36,343 nt of DNA, taken from the NCBI GenBank assembly GCA_050298595.1, contig JBNKUM010000082.1, forward strand, positions 1-36,343. The letters are read 5' to 3'. The translations under genes and the position numbers were made by a program. The notes under the pieces are model-generated. The model had not been told where the DNA came from. It saw only the letters and a program-made list of their open reading frames with translations, and did no database searches. This document shows positions 1-10,656 of this stretch, piece after piece. This stretch comes from Gammaproteobacteria bacterium (GTDB lineage: Bacteria > Pseudomonadota > Gammaproteobacteria > GCA-001735895). How positions within the stretch are numbered: position 1 is the first letter of the stretch; each line of letters starts with the position of its first letter.

Positions 1-141
1 GCTATTAGAGAAACGATTTAATTGAATAACACCTATTCGAATCATGAATACTAGAGACCTGAGTCCTGAATTATTACGTGCCTTTGTTGCGGTAGTTGAT
101 GGGGGCGGTTTTACCCGAGCCGCTTACCGTTTGAATAGTAC
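1..141. repeat. Terminal direct repeat, left copy (141 bp; probable assembler overlap of a circular contig)
   Basis: 1-141 (gctattagag...ttgaatagtac) is identical to 36203-36343. Confidence 0.97.
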
Positions 142-520
142 CCAATCCACGGTCAGCCAGCGGCTGGAGGAACGCCTGGGCGTATGCCTGATGCAGCGAA
201 ATACCCGAGGTTTAGCTTTAACAGAGCGTGGAGAGTTGATGCTGGGTTATGCCCGGCGATTGTTAGCGCTGAATGACGAGGCACTCTCAGCTCTGGAACA
301 AACCCATCTGCGCGGACGGGTTCGACTCGGTTCGACTCAGGAAGTCGCTAATGGAGGTCTGGCTGATTTACTGGCGCGCTTCACCCGCTTGCATCCTGAT
401 GTAGAGCTGGAGATGCGTGTCGATAGCAATATGGCTTTGCAGTGGCCAGATGACTCCCTTCCCGAGCGGTCCCGTTGCCTTTGGTCAGAACGTTGCACTG
501 GACGAGGACACAGACAGTAA
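44..520 (+). pseudogene. LysR-type transcriptional regulator, truncated and internally deleted
   Basis: LTTR HTH (LLRAFVAVVDGGGFTRAAYRLNSTQSTVS), linker and start of effector domain (GRVRLGS..LARFTRLHPDVELEMRV). About 3 residues are missing after VSQ relative to the VSQQIxRLE consensus. LysR similarity stops near nt 442, and the ORF is 158 aa versus ~300 aa for an intact LTTR. Confidence 0.85.
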
Positions 521-1190
521 TATCGTATTGCATGGTGGAGACCTGAATCAGTTGCCGGTCATGTTTACGATTGATACACAACCGCAATTTGGTCGACTCA
601 CGGGTACACCATCCAATCTGCCGTATACCCCCAATAGCAACTTCAATAGATCAGGTCCATTCCGCTTTGTGGTGAATAACGGCTTTATGTCGAGTTACCC
701 AACGCTGGTCAATATCTTTGTTAACCCCGTTGCGGATGTCCCAGTAGCGAGAGATAGCGTTTTTCTGACTGCTGAAAACACGCCTGGAACAGGCACCCTG
801 CCAGCAACAAACGCGGTTAATGATCCGATCACCTATTCGATTGTGTATAGCCCTAATATGAACTTTTCTGGCACGGATAGCTTTACCTTAAACGCCAGTG
901 ATGCACCGCTGGCAGTTAACCGCACGATGACCCTTAATCAGGGTTCTTCTATCGCATTTATTACCCTGGATGGTTCCGATCTGGAAAACAATGCGTTGAC
1001 CTATGCGGTGACAACATCACCAGTAACGGGAACGACGGCTGGCTCGATGAGCGGTTCGCTTGCCGGAATGAGTCCGCTGGAGTTCACCCCAGCCCGTGAC
1101 TTCTCCGGTCAGGCACAACTGGTCTACTCAGATCCTACGATACCGATGGTGATGGGTATGGTGATGGTTTAACGGATTCTCATGAGCTTA
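417..1190 (+). pseudogene. Remnant of a large repetitive surface protein (Big_9/tandem-95 cadherin-like repeats plus a TSP3-like Ca-binding motif)
   Basis: Repeat motifs PVAxxxxxxxxEDT, YTPNSNFN, YSPNMNFSGTDSFT and FTPARDFSG, with truncated repeats and no signal peptide. A shifted frame from 1139 reads DTDGDGYGDGLTDSHE. Confidence 0.7.
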
Positions 1191-1515
1191 AGGTAGTCGT
1201 AAATGAGTACGACAAGGAGAAAGTGCGTTTAATTATAGTGCCACAGAAACGACCACCTATGCACTGTGTCCAGACATCAACGGACACTGGGTTGTGAGCC
1301 AAAGCGGCAGTACTACCGCAACACTGCGTAAAAACAACGCACTAACGGTGGCTGATCTGAGCTTTGCTACGAGTTGGGGGGCACCCTAAACATTTAAGGC
1401 CACGGTATTGGGATGTATATCGGTACGGATCAAGTAATAATGTGATCCTGGAATCACAGCGTTATATTAAAAGAGGCAGGGTGTGAAACAATAATCCGTT
1501 TAGTAATCACTCACT

Positions 1516-1529
1516 CTGACATATATCAA
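1516..1529 (+). promoter_or_regulatory. FNR/Anr-like box upstream of hemerythrin
   Basis: CTGAC-atat-ATCAA versus consensus TTGAT-N4-ATCAA. An extended -10 TGcTAATAT at 1550-1558 places the box centre near -41.5. Confidence 0.55.
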
Positions 1530-1588
1530 CCCAAACCCCCAGCCTACAGTGCTAATATCCAACCTCCAAAACAAACCTCAACCCCAGA

Positions 1589-2017
1589 ATGCCATCAATC
1601 AACATTACCCCTGAAAATATCCCCCTGGTCGCCATCGACTTCATGAACCAGACCCATAAGGAAGAAATTGCCCTGGTCAATTCCTTAATGGAAAAGCTCC
1701 AGGCCGCGCCTGATGAAGAAAATGATACCGAGATATCTGAGTCTCTAACTCAATGGTATACGCATACCGAAGCTCATTTTCAACGAGAAAATGAACTTAT
1801 GCTTGAGATGAATTTCCCCCCGTATCTGGTACATGCAGGAGAACATGAAAACGCTTTGAATCTTATGCGCGCTGTAATTAAGGCCTGGGAAAAAAATAAA
1901 GACATACCACAATTATCGGATTTTGTTTTTAACCAATGGCCTGAGTGGTTCATGGCTCACGTCAATTCAATGGACACAGTCACCGCTAATTTTGCAAAGA
2001 CGAAGGGTATTAGCTAG
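1589..2017 (+). CDS. Bacteriohemerythrin (single-domain non-haem di-iron O2-binding protein)
   Basis: Hemerythrin ligand pattern: H(MNQTH), HFQRE(NELM), HAGEH, WFMAHVNSMD. Confidence 0.9.
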   Translation: MPSINITPENIPLVAIDFMNQTHKEEIALVNSLMEKLQAAPDEENDTEISESLTQWYTHTEAHFQRENELMLEMNFPPYLVHAGEHENALNLMRAVIKAWEKNKDIPQLSDFVFNQWPEWFMAHVNSMDTVTANFAKTKGIS

Positions 2018-2065
2018 CCAGGCAGCGAGATACCATGGGTCACCGTATCAGGCGCTACTTAATAG

Positions 2066-3205
2066 TTAAAACTCCAACCGCCCATCTTCGCACTTCAAGC
2101 TCAGCTCCCCTTCTAAAAAACTGAGCAGGTGCTGACCCAACATCTGATTACGCCATCCCTGCAAAATCTTCCCATTTCGCCCCCCGGCAACCAGATCATC
2201 GATATCCTTTTTGCTAACTACCGAGGAGATGGCAATCTCATTCTCGTCAGTCAGTAGCCGGCATATCGCCATCAGGCAATCAGCCTTTGCCTGCTGCTCA
2301 TTAGTCAGTCGTATAAAGTCTGAATGTTTAGGATATTCTGCTGCATCCATTTGTTCTGACTCAGCCAGCACCTGTAGAATTTCTGCGCCAATTTTTTTAA
2401 TGTAATCAGCACTCAAACTGCCAATCTGATTCAGTTCTTTCTCTGTTTTGGGCTTAAAGCGCGCAATATCGACAATGTCCTCATCCTTCATGATCCAGCG
2501 TTTGGGACGGTCTTTCTCCATCGCTCGCTTTTCACGCCAGCGGCATAACTGGTCAGCGTGATTCAACGCTATACCTTTGAGTTTCTGTACCCCTTTCAGA
2601 CGTTTCCACAGGCTGCTGACATCCACCTGATAGTTTTGCGGATCAGTCATCTGTGCAAAATCCGCTTCCACCCAGGACAGGCGGTTCTTATCTTCAAGCT
2701 GACTGGTCAGCTTTTGATGGATTTCAATCAGGTAACGCACATCGTCCATCGCATAATCCAGCTCTCCTTCGGATAAGGGGCGTCTGCTCCAGTCGGCACG
2801 GGTGTGTTTCTTTTCCAACTGCACCCCGCATACGCGCGCGACCAGATCTGCATATCCAATCTGGTTGGCAAAACCCAGCACCGCTGCTGCTATCTGGGTA
2901 TCAAATATCGGGCTCGGCAGGGCGTTAAAGTTATAGTGAAACAATTCAAGATCCTGACTCGGTGAATGCAGGATTTTCAGCATTGATGGTTTGTTGAACA
3001 GCGCTACCAGTGGTGAAAAATCCTTAATCTTAAACGGGTCGATGCAGGCCTGTGCATTTTCAGTGGCTAACTGAATCAGGGCCAGCAGCGGGTAATATGT
3101 TTTTTCGCGAATGAACTCGGTATCCAGCGCGCAATACTGACAATCCTGAATGCTGCTGCAGAATTCGGCCAGTGCCTGATCGCTGTTGATATATTGATAT
3201 GTCAT
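2066..3205 (-). CDS. rnd: Ribonuclease D
   Basis: DEDDy exonuclease motifs ALDTEF, FDTQIAA, DWSRRPLS and YAMDDV, followed by an HRDC region. Start taken at ATG 3205 (MTYQYI), which avoids overlap with mreD. Confidence 0.93.
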   Translation of the reverse strand: MTYQYINSDQALAEFCSSIQDCQYCALDTEFIREKTYYPLLALIQLATENAQACIDPFKIKDFSPLVALFNKPSMLKILHSPSQDLELFHYNFNALPSPIFDTQIAAAVLGFANQIGYADLVARVCGVQLEKKHTRADWSRRPLSEGELDYAMDDVRYLIEIHQKLTSQLEDKNRLSWVEADFAQMTDPQNYQVDVSSLWKRLKGVQKLKGIALNHADQLCRWREKRAMEKDRPKRWIMKDEDIVDIARFKPKTEKELNQIGSLSADYIKKIGAEILQVLAESEQMDAAEYPKHSDFIRLTNEQQAKADCLMAICRLLTDENEIAISSVVSKKDIDDLVAGGRNGKILQGWRNQMLGQHLLSFLEGELSLKCEDGRLEF

Positions 3206-3230
3206 GAAAAACTCGGTTTGAGTGATGAGG

Positions 3231-3710
3231 TCAGGTGATCTGGGTTTTACGCCGAATATCACGCAACACGATAAAAATCCATGGCCAGATTGCCATTCCT
3301 GTCAAAGGTGCCCCCAGGTAAGCCATAAAATCCGGCTCACGATGCAGTACACCTTCTATCCACACCACGGTGAATTGATTGATCAGTAATAATGAGAATA
3401 CATAAAACGCCTGCCGACCCAGTGTTAATACCCTGACCTGCAGCAGGAAGTTCATGTTGATGAAGATAATGATCACCAGTGCCAGACTATGCTGCCCCAA
3501 CAGTGTGCCCTGAGCGACATCAACAAACAGGCCGGTGATAAAGGCAGTCCACAGACCGACCCGATGAGGTAAAGCCATATTCCAGTAGATCAATACCAAC
3601 GCGACCCAGTCCGGTCGATAAAGCTGAGCCTCAATCGGTAATGGCAAAATCAGCAACACCAGGCCGAATATCACGCTCAACGGAATGACCAGTATATTAA
3701 AGCTAATCAT
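3231..3710 (-). CDS. mreD: Rod shape-determining protein MreD
   Basis: Hydrophobic protein with RPDWVALVLIYW and GTLLGQHSLAL; directly downstream of mreC. Confidence 0.93.
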   Translation of the reverse strand: MISFNILVIPLSVIFGLVLLILPLPIEAQLYRPDWVALVLIYWNMALPHRVGLWTAFITGLFVDVAQGTLLGQHSLALVIIIFINMNFLLQVRVLTLGRQAFYVFSLLLINQFTVVWIEGVLHREPDFMAYLGAPLTGMAIWPWIFIVLRDIRRKTQIT

Positions 3711-4542
3711 CTTGTTGATTCTCCTGGCGAGGTTGAATAATCAACACTTCGCGACTGCTATCCAGGCGGGCCTCCGGACGTGCCATTGCTGACACAAAGC
3801 CATGGGTTATATCCAGTCTAATTTCGCTCACGGTCGCTACCGGGTAGTCCGCCGGAAAACGTCCACCGAGCCCGGAAGTAACCAGCTTATCACCCACCTT
3901 TACCTCTGCCGTGGCAGGTAAAAAGCGTAGCTCCAGCTCCTGTGTACTGCCGGTACCAAATGCCACCGAACGTAATCCACTATTAATGAACTGTACTGGA
4001 ATGGCATGCTCTGGATCTGAAATCAGCATCACAGTGGATGAATTCGGCGTGACATGAATGACCTGACCCATGATGCCATGCTCATCAATTACCGCCTGAC
4101 CATCGTAAATACCATCCAGTGAGCCCTTATTTAATTCAATCAACTGGCGGTAAGGATTTTGATCGACCGAGAGGAGTTCAGCCACGATAACATCATCCGC
4201 CACCTTGCGAGATGAACCGAGCAGCTCACGTAGTCGGGTATTTTCTTCCTGTAGCACCTGAGTTTTTTGTAACCGCGCATTTAACAGTCGTTGTTCTTCT
4301 TTTAGACGGTGATTTTCATCCACCAGGCTATTGTGAGTTTTAAACCATTCACTGACCCAGGCGCCAGACTGTGCGGGCAGACTGACCAGATAGCGTAATG
4401 GAGAAATAACGACTGCAATGCTGGAACGGACCACTTCAAGATAGGTAAAACGATGGTCGACCATCATCGATGAGAAACAAAGCACTATCAGGAATAAAGT
4501 GGGTATTACCTGTCCACGAGCCTGTTGGAAAATATTCTGCAT
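3703..4542 (-). CDS. mreC: Rod shape-determining protein MreC
   Basis: N-terminal TM segment, coiled coil (ENTRLRELL), GDKLVTSGLGGRFP; sits between mreB and mreD. Confidence 0.95.
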   Translation of the reverse strand: MQNIFQQARGQVIPTLFLIVLCFSSMMVDHRFTYLEVVRSSIAVVISPLRYLVSLPAQSGAWVSEWFKTHNSLVDENHRLKEEQRLLNARLQKTQVLQEENTRLRELLGSSRKVADDVIVAELLSVDQNPYRQLIELNKGSLDGIYDGQAVIDEHGIMGQVIHVTPNSSTVMLISDPEHAIPVQFINSGLRSVAFGTGSTQELELRFLPATAEVKVGDKLVTSGLGGRFPADYPVATVSEIRLDITHGFVSAMARPEARLDSSREVLIIQPRQENQQDD

Positions 4543-4619
4543 ACCACTATCAGGCTAAAACCCGGAACACGACGCTGTTGATTGACCAGTCTGTCTGCTA
4601 ATAACAGCGCCGTTGGCAA

Positions 4620-5675
<1,056 letters not shown>

Positions 5676-5852
5676 TTACCTGTTTTATGTATAGCGAGCC
5701 TAATGGAGAGACACTCCCGACCCACGTCTATGATGTGACGCGTACTCTAGCAACGGGTAAGCTTTAGAGCAAGGCTGAAATGCCTGATTTTGCTTATCCC
5801 AGACGCTTTTATATGTTAAGTTTGCTGGCTTTTTACGAATCAACGGAATTTT

Positions 5853-5890
5853 AGGCTCTGTTAGCACTAATTTGAGTGCAAACAGAGCCT
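5853..5890. repeat. 16-bp inverted repeat in the mreB/gatC divergent intergenic region (possible collapsed MITE)
   Basis: AGGCTCTGTTAGCACT-aatttg-AGTGCAAACAGAGCCT, 15/16 complementary; the arm resembles AGGGCCTGTTAACAC at 9164-9193 and 27516. Confidence 0.6.
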
Positions 5891-5920
5891 GGCCCAATTT
5901 TACATATAGTGAATGCGAAT

Positions 5921-6208
5921 ATGAGTTTAAAAATCGAGGATGTTAAAAATATAGCACATCTTGCGCGACTTCAGATCGATGAAGCCGATATGGAGAATTA
6001 CGCCCGCGACCTGTCGAATATCCTGCAGTTAGTCGACCAGATGAATCAGGTGAATACTGACGATGTGCAACCCATGGCACACCCAATGGATGCCCAGCAA
6101 CGCCTGCGCGATGACGTAGTGAAAGAAACCGATCAGCGTGAAAAGTTTCAATCTATAGCGCCCGACGTAGAAGCCGGTCTTTACCGTGTACCTCGAGTGA
6201 TCGAATAA
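5921..6208 (+). CDS. gatC: Asp-tRNA(Asn)/Glu-tRNA(Gln) amidotransferase subunit C
   Basis: MSLKIEDVKNIAHLARL...QRLRDDVV...GLYRVPRVIE; 95 aa from ATG 5921; precedes gatA. Confidence 0.95.
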   Translation: MSLKIEDVKNIAHLARLQIDEADMENYARDLSNILQLVDQMNQVNTDDVQPMAHPMDAQQRLRDDVVKETDQREKFQSIAPDVEAGLYRVPRVIE

Positions 6209-6220
6209 CAGGAATTCAAC

Positions 6221-7666
6221 ATGTCTACAGTAAAACAACTTCAACAGGGGCTATCCTCCGGCGAGTTTTCCAGTGTGGAAATTACCCAGAAATATCTGGC
6301 TAAAATCAAGGCACTTAACCCTGATCTAAATGCCTTCATCACGGTAACCGAAGAGCAGGCACTTCAACAGGCTAAAACCGCCGATGCAGTGATTGCCGAG
6401 GGTAAAGCCAGCACTTTAACCGGCATACCTCTGGCACATAAAGATATCTTCTGCACCGACGGCATTCGTACCTCATGTGGTTCACACATGCTGGATAAAT
6501 TTATTGCGCCCTACAATGCAACAGTAATCGAAAAACTCAATGCCGAGCATAGTGTCATGCTGGGCAAGGCTAATATGGATGAATTCGCCATGGGTTCCTC
6601 CAATGAATCCAGTTATTATGGCCCGGTTAAAAACCCCTGGAATACCGACTGTGTACCCGGAGGTTCTTCGGGTGGCTCTGCCGCTGCTATCGCCGCTGGC
6701 ATGACGCCTGCCGCTACCGGCACTGATACCGGCGGCTCTATCCGTCAACCAGCCGCCTTCTGTGGCATTACCGGATTAAAACCCACCTACGGACGAGTTT
6801 CTCGTTTTGGCATGATTGCCTATGCATCCAGCCTGGATCAGGGTGGCCCGATGGCACAAACCGCAGAAGATTGCGCACTACTGTTAGGCGCTATGGCAGG
6901 ATTCGATGAACGCGATTCAACCTCTATAGAGCGCGAGATTCCTGATTACACTGCCAGTCTTAATAATGACCTGTCGGGTCTTAAGATTGGCATGCCTAAA
7001 GAGTATTTTGCCGAAGGCCTGAATAACGATGTTGCTAAATCTATCGATGAAGCCATCAATGAATACAAAAAGCTTGGCGCTGAAGTGGTTGAAGTCAGCC
7101 TGCCTAATAGCAAGATTGCGATTCCTGCTTATTATGTGGTGGCGATGGCAGAATGCTCATCCAACCTGTCACGCATGGATGGGGTTCGTTTCGGGCATCG
7201 TTGCGAAGACCCGAAAGATCTGGAAGACCTGTATAAACGCTCACGTGCGGAAGGGTTTGGTGACGAAGTTAAACGCCGTATTTTGATTGGTGCCTATACC
7301 CTGTCGGCTGGTTATTACGATGCTTTTTATCTCAAGGCACAAAAGCTACGCCGCCTGATCAGTCAGGACTTTGCTGAGGCTTTTAGTAAGGTTGATCTGA
7401 TCGCAGGGCCTACTACACCCGATGTTGCGTTTAAGATTGGCGATAAAACCGATGATCCGGTCAGCATGTATCTTCAGGATATCTACACCATTTCGGTCAA
7501 CCTGGCAGGTTTACCGGCGATGTCGATTCCAGCCGGCTTTGTAGATAATAAACCGGTTGGTCTTCAGTTAATTGGTAACTATTTTGATGAAAGTCGTCTG
7601 CTCAATGCCGCCCATCAATTCCAGCAGGCAACCGACTGGCACCAGCAAACAGCGGAGGTGAAATAA
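6221..7666 (+). CDS. gatA: Amidotransferase subunit A
   Basis: Amidase signature [22 protein letters not shown] and [11 protein letters not shown]. Confidence 0.98.
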   Translation: MSTVKQLQQGLSSGEFSSVEITQKYLAKIKALNPDLNAFITVTEEQALQQAKTADAVIAEGKASTLTGIPLAHKDIFCTDGIRTSCGSHMLDKFIAPYNATVIEKLNAEHSVMLGKANMDEFAMGSSNESSYYGPVKNPWNTDCVPGGSSGGSAAAIAAGMTPAATGTDTGGSIRQPAAFCGITGLKPTYGRVSRFGMIAYASSLDQGGPMAQTAEDCALLLGAMAGFDERDSTSIEREIPDYTASLNNDLSGLKIGMPKEYFAEGLNNDVAKSIDEAINEYKKLGAEVVEVSLPNSKIAIPAYYVVAMAECSSNLSRMDGVRFGHRCEDPKDLEDLYKRSRAEGFGDEVKRRILIGAYTLSAGYYDAFYLKAQKLRRLISQDFAEAFSKVDLIAGPTTPDVAFKIGDKTDDPVSMYLQDIYTISVNLAGLPAMSIPAGFVDNKPVGLQLIGNYFDESRLLNAAHQFQQATDWHQQTAEVK

Positions 7667-9102
7667 TGCAGTGGGAAACCGTAATAGGCCTTGAGATTCA
7701 TGCTCAGCTGGCTACCCGTAGCAAGATTTTTTCCAGCGCCTCAACCGCTTTTGGCGCTTCACCCAACACCCAGGCCTGTGCCGTTGATCTCGGCCTACCC
7801 GGTGTATTGCCGGTTCTGAATGCCGAAGCGGTGCGTATGGCGATCAAGTTTGGTCTGGCTATTAATGCACATATAGGCGAAGAATCCATCTTTGCACGTA
7901 AGAACTACTTTTACCCTGATCTGCCCAAAGGCTACCAGATTAGCCAGTTTGAGCTGCCCATCGTAGGTAAAGGTGAGATTACTATCAGTCCCGAAGAAGG
8001 GGTAAGCAAGGTGATTGGTGTGACCCGCGCGCATCTGGAAGAGGATGCGGGTAAGTCTATCCATGACCAGTTCCCCGGCCAGAGCGGCATCGATCTGAAC
8101 CGTGCCGGTACGCCATTGCTCGAAATCGTATCAGAGCCCGATATGCGCAGCGCCAAAGAGGCCGTTGCCTACGCGCGCAAGATCCATTCACTGGTGCAGT
8201 TTCTTGAAATCTGCGATGGCAATATGCAGGAAGGCTCTTTCCGCTGTGATGCGAATGTTTCTGTACGCCCGAAGGGGCAGCAGGAGTTGGGTACACGTGC
8301 TGAACTTAAAAACATCAACTCTTTTCGTTTCCTGGAAAAGGCCATTAATTTAGAGGTTCAACGCCAGGTTGAATTGATTGAAGACGGCGGAAGAGTCGTG
8401 CAGGAAACCCGTCTATACGATGCAGTCAAGGATGAAACCCGTTCCATGCGCAGTAAGGAAGAAGCCAACGATTATCGTTACTTTCCTGACCCGGATTTAT
8501 TACCGGTGCGCATCACTCAGCAGGATCTGGATGACGTTCGAGCCACCCTGCCGGAATTACCCGAGCAGAAGCGCCAGCGTTATATCGATGAGCTCAAGCT
8601 GTCTGATTACCATGCCGAGCTATTGAGCAGCAGCCGTGAAATTGCAGGATATTTCGAGGCTGCACTGGATCAAATCCCCGAGCAGTCGGCAGTGTTGGCC
8701 AACTGGATTCTGGGTGACCTGTCTGGCGCACTGAATAAATCAGAAATGGACTATGCCAGCTCACCGGTTTCACCTGCGCAACTGGCAGGATTGATCAGGC
8801 GTATTGCCGATAACACCATATCCGGCAAGATCGCCAAAGAGGTTTTTGAAGCGATGTGGAATGGCGAAGGTGATGCCGATGCCATTATCGAAAGCAAAGG
8901 CCTGAAACAGATTACCGATAGCGGCGCAATCGAATCTATTATTGATGAAGTCATCGCCGCCAATCAGGATCAGGTTGAGCAATTCAAAGCCGGTAAGGAA
9001 AAGGTCCTGGGATTTCTGGTCGGTCAGATAATGAAACAATCCAAAGGCAAGGCCAACCCTGGACAGGTTAACCAGATGTTGCGCGATAAACTCAAGCCAT
9101 AA
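7666..9102 (+). CDS. gatB: Amidotransferase subunit B
   Basis: [45 protein letters not shown]-terminal YqeY-like domain. Confidence 0.98.
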   Translation: MQWETVIGLEIHAQLATRSKIFSSASTAFGASPNTQACAVDLGLPGVLPVLNAEAVRMAIKFGLAINAHIGEESIFARKNYFYPDLPKGYQISQFELPIVGKGEITISPEEGVSKVIGVTRAHLEEDAGKSIHDQFPGQSGIDLNRAGTPLLEIVSEPDMRSAKEAVAYARKIHSLVQFLEICDGNMQEGSFRCDANVSVRPKGQQELGTRAELKNINSFRFLEKAINLEVQRQVELIEDGGRVVQETRLYDAVKDETRSMRSKEEANDYRYFPDPDLLPVRITQQDLDDVRATLPELPEQKRQRYIDELKLSDYHAELLSSSREIAGYFEAALDQIPEQSAVLANWILGDLSGALNKSEMDYASSPVSPAQLAGLIRRIADNTISGKIAKEVFEAMWNGEGDADAIIESKGLKQITDSGAIESIIDEVIAANQDQVEQFKAGKEKVLGFLVGQIMKQSKGKANPGQVNQMLRDKLKP

Positions 9103-9129
9103 CTCTGCGATAATACTCAGTTAAACCCG

Positions 9130-9157
9130 GCATTACTCGGAAGATTCCGGGTAATGC
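9130..9157. terminator. Hairpin between the convergent gatB and cheB genes (possible terminator)
   Basis: GCATTACTCGGAA-ga-TTCCGGGTAATGC stem with one G-T pair; no clear U-tract. Confidence 0.45.
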
Positions 9158-9163
9158 TAAACC

Positions 9164-9193
9164 AGGGCCTGTTGACACGTGTTAACAGGCCCT
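9164..9193. mobile_element. 30-bp near-perfect palindrome, probably a collapsed MITE (two terminal repeats abutting)
   Basis: AGGGCCTGTTGACAC|GTGTTAACAGGCCCT (14/15 complementary). A 19-bp identical copy AGGGCCTGTTAACACGTGT occurs at 27516-27534. Confidence 0.6.
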
Positions 9194-9769
9194 TAGGTGT
9201 TTCGAGGCGTATAATTGTATGCGCTGCGCCATTTCAGACAAAGGGACAACCTCATCCACTGCGCCCAACGCAATCGCTTCACGAGGCATGCCGAATACCA
9301 CACAACTGGCTTCATCCTGGGCAAAATTGTGTGCCCCTGCCTGCTTCATTTCGAGCATTGCTGCCGCTCCATCCTTACCCATACCGGTGAGCATCACACC
9401 AATGGCACGGTTTGCGAGATGTTGCGCAGCCGAATGGAATAATACCTCAACCGAAGGACGATGGCGGTTAACGAGGCCCTGTGAATTGAGCACTGTGCGA
9501 TAGCCTGCGGCAAACCTTTCCAGCGAGAGATGCGAATGGCCCGGGGCAATATAAGCATGTCCGGGTTGAATAATCTGGTGATGATCGGCTTCAGATACCT
9601 GCATGGGGCTCATATCATTCAGTCGCTGGGCAAATAGCTGAGTATAAGGTTCCGGCATATGCTGGGTAATCAGCATAGCAGGGGCATCTGCTGACATACC
9701 GGATAAAAATATCTTCAGGGCATCCGCCCCACCTGCTGATGAGCCGACGACTATGATCCTTTTATTCAT
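9182..9769 (-). CDS. cheB: CheB methylesterase, catalytic domain only (no receiver domain)
   Basis: Ser-His-Asp triad motifs GSSAGG, QHMP and GMGKDGA, plus HRPSVEVLF and [13 protein letters not shown]. 195 aa; overlaps the cheR stop by 4 nt. Confidence 0.9.
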   Translation of the reverse strand: MNKRIIVVGSSAGGADALKIFLSGMSADAPAMLITQHMPEPYTQLFAQRLNDMSPMQVSEADHHQIIQPGHAYIAPGHSHLSLERFAAGYRTVLNSQGLVNRHRPSVEVLFHSAAQHLANRAIGVMLTGMGKDGAAAMLEMKQAGAHNFAQDEASCVVFGMPREAIALGAVDEVVPLSEMAQRIQLYASKHLRAC

Positions 9770-10614
9770 TTACTAACCTGAGATTTATCGGTCAACTCGT
9801 ATACGGTTTGCTTAAGTAGCGTAAATAGATCTGCCGCATGATAGAACCGCTCTGAATGTCCAGCAAACAATAAGCCTTGCTTACACAGTAATGGCGCAAA
9901 TTTGCGCAGGATGGAAAGCTGGGTCTGTTTATCAAAATAAATCATGACATTACGACAAAAGATGACATCCAGTGGAGCCTGAACAGGCCAGCCTGGGGCC
10001 AGCAAATTGATATTTAGAAAATTAATCATTTGCCGTAGTTCAGCTTTTACCTGCATGTATTCGGGGTCACCCCGGTTATCCAGTTGAAAAAAACGGCTTA
10101 CCTGCTGCGAGGTCAATCTGGTCACCGCAGTCGTTTTGTAACGTCCCTCCTGAGCTGCTTTAAGCGCCCTGGTATCCAGATCTGAAGCAATAATACGCAC
10201 AGAATTCTTATACCCTCCCAATGCTTCTACTACCGTAATGGCTATAGAGTAAGCCTCTTCCCCCGTTGAACTGGCTGCACACCAGATAGTAATCGAATTT
10301 AACGGGTCCAGTTGTTGAAGGTGTTCAGCAAGAATAGGAAAGTGATGTGACTCACGAAAGAAGGCGGTATGGTTGGTGGTTAATGCATTGATAAATTCTA
10401 CTCTCTCGGATCCCTTGCCACGCTCTAGCTGCTCCAGATACCCACTAAAGCTTTGCGCATTAGTGGCACGTAATCTCCGTACCAGACGACTGTACACCAA
10501 CTCCTGTTTATTGTCGCTCAGGTTTATACCGGCATATTCATAGATCAGCTTGCGTATGCGTTGAAAGTCCTGCTCAACGAATTGAAATTCCCGGTCATAT
10601 GCCTTACTACTCAT
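9766..10614 (-). CDS. cheR: Chemotaxis protein methyltransferase CheR
   Basis: [51 protein letters not shown]. Confidence 0.95.
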   Translation of the reverse strand: MSSKAYDREFQFVEQDFQRIRKLIYEYAGINLSDNKQELVYSRLVRRLRATNAQSFSGYLEQLERGKGSERVEFINALTTNHTAFFRESHHFPILAEHLQQLDPLNSITIWCAASSTGEEAYSIAITVVEALGGYKNSVRIIASDLDTRALKAAQEGRYKTTAVTRLTSQQVSRFFQLDNRGDPEYMQVKAELRQMINFLNINLLAPGWPVQAPLDVIFCRNVMIYFDKQTQLSILRKFAPLLCKQGLLFAGHSERFYHAADLFTLLKQTVYELTDKSQVSK

Positions 10615-10656
10615 CAGGGGTAACTATCCTACACAAATTCAATCCATATTAGCTGC

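Noticed and set aside
1-141. Terminal repeat as phage DTR or att sites
   Set aside because: No phage or integrase genes; the length equals a common assembler k-mer and the repeat cuts through a gene.
5700-5897. 65-aa minus-strand ORF upstream of mreB
   Set aside because: Non-ATG start, spans promoter and palindrome sequence, no protein-like features.
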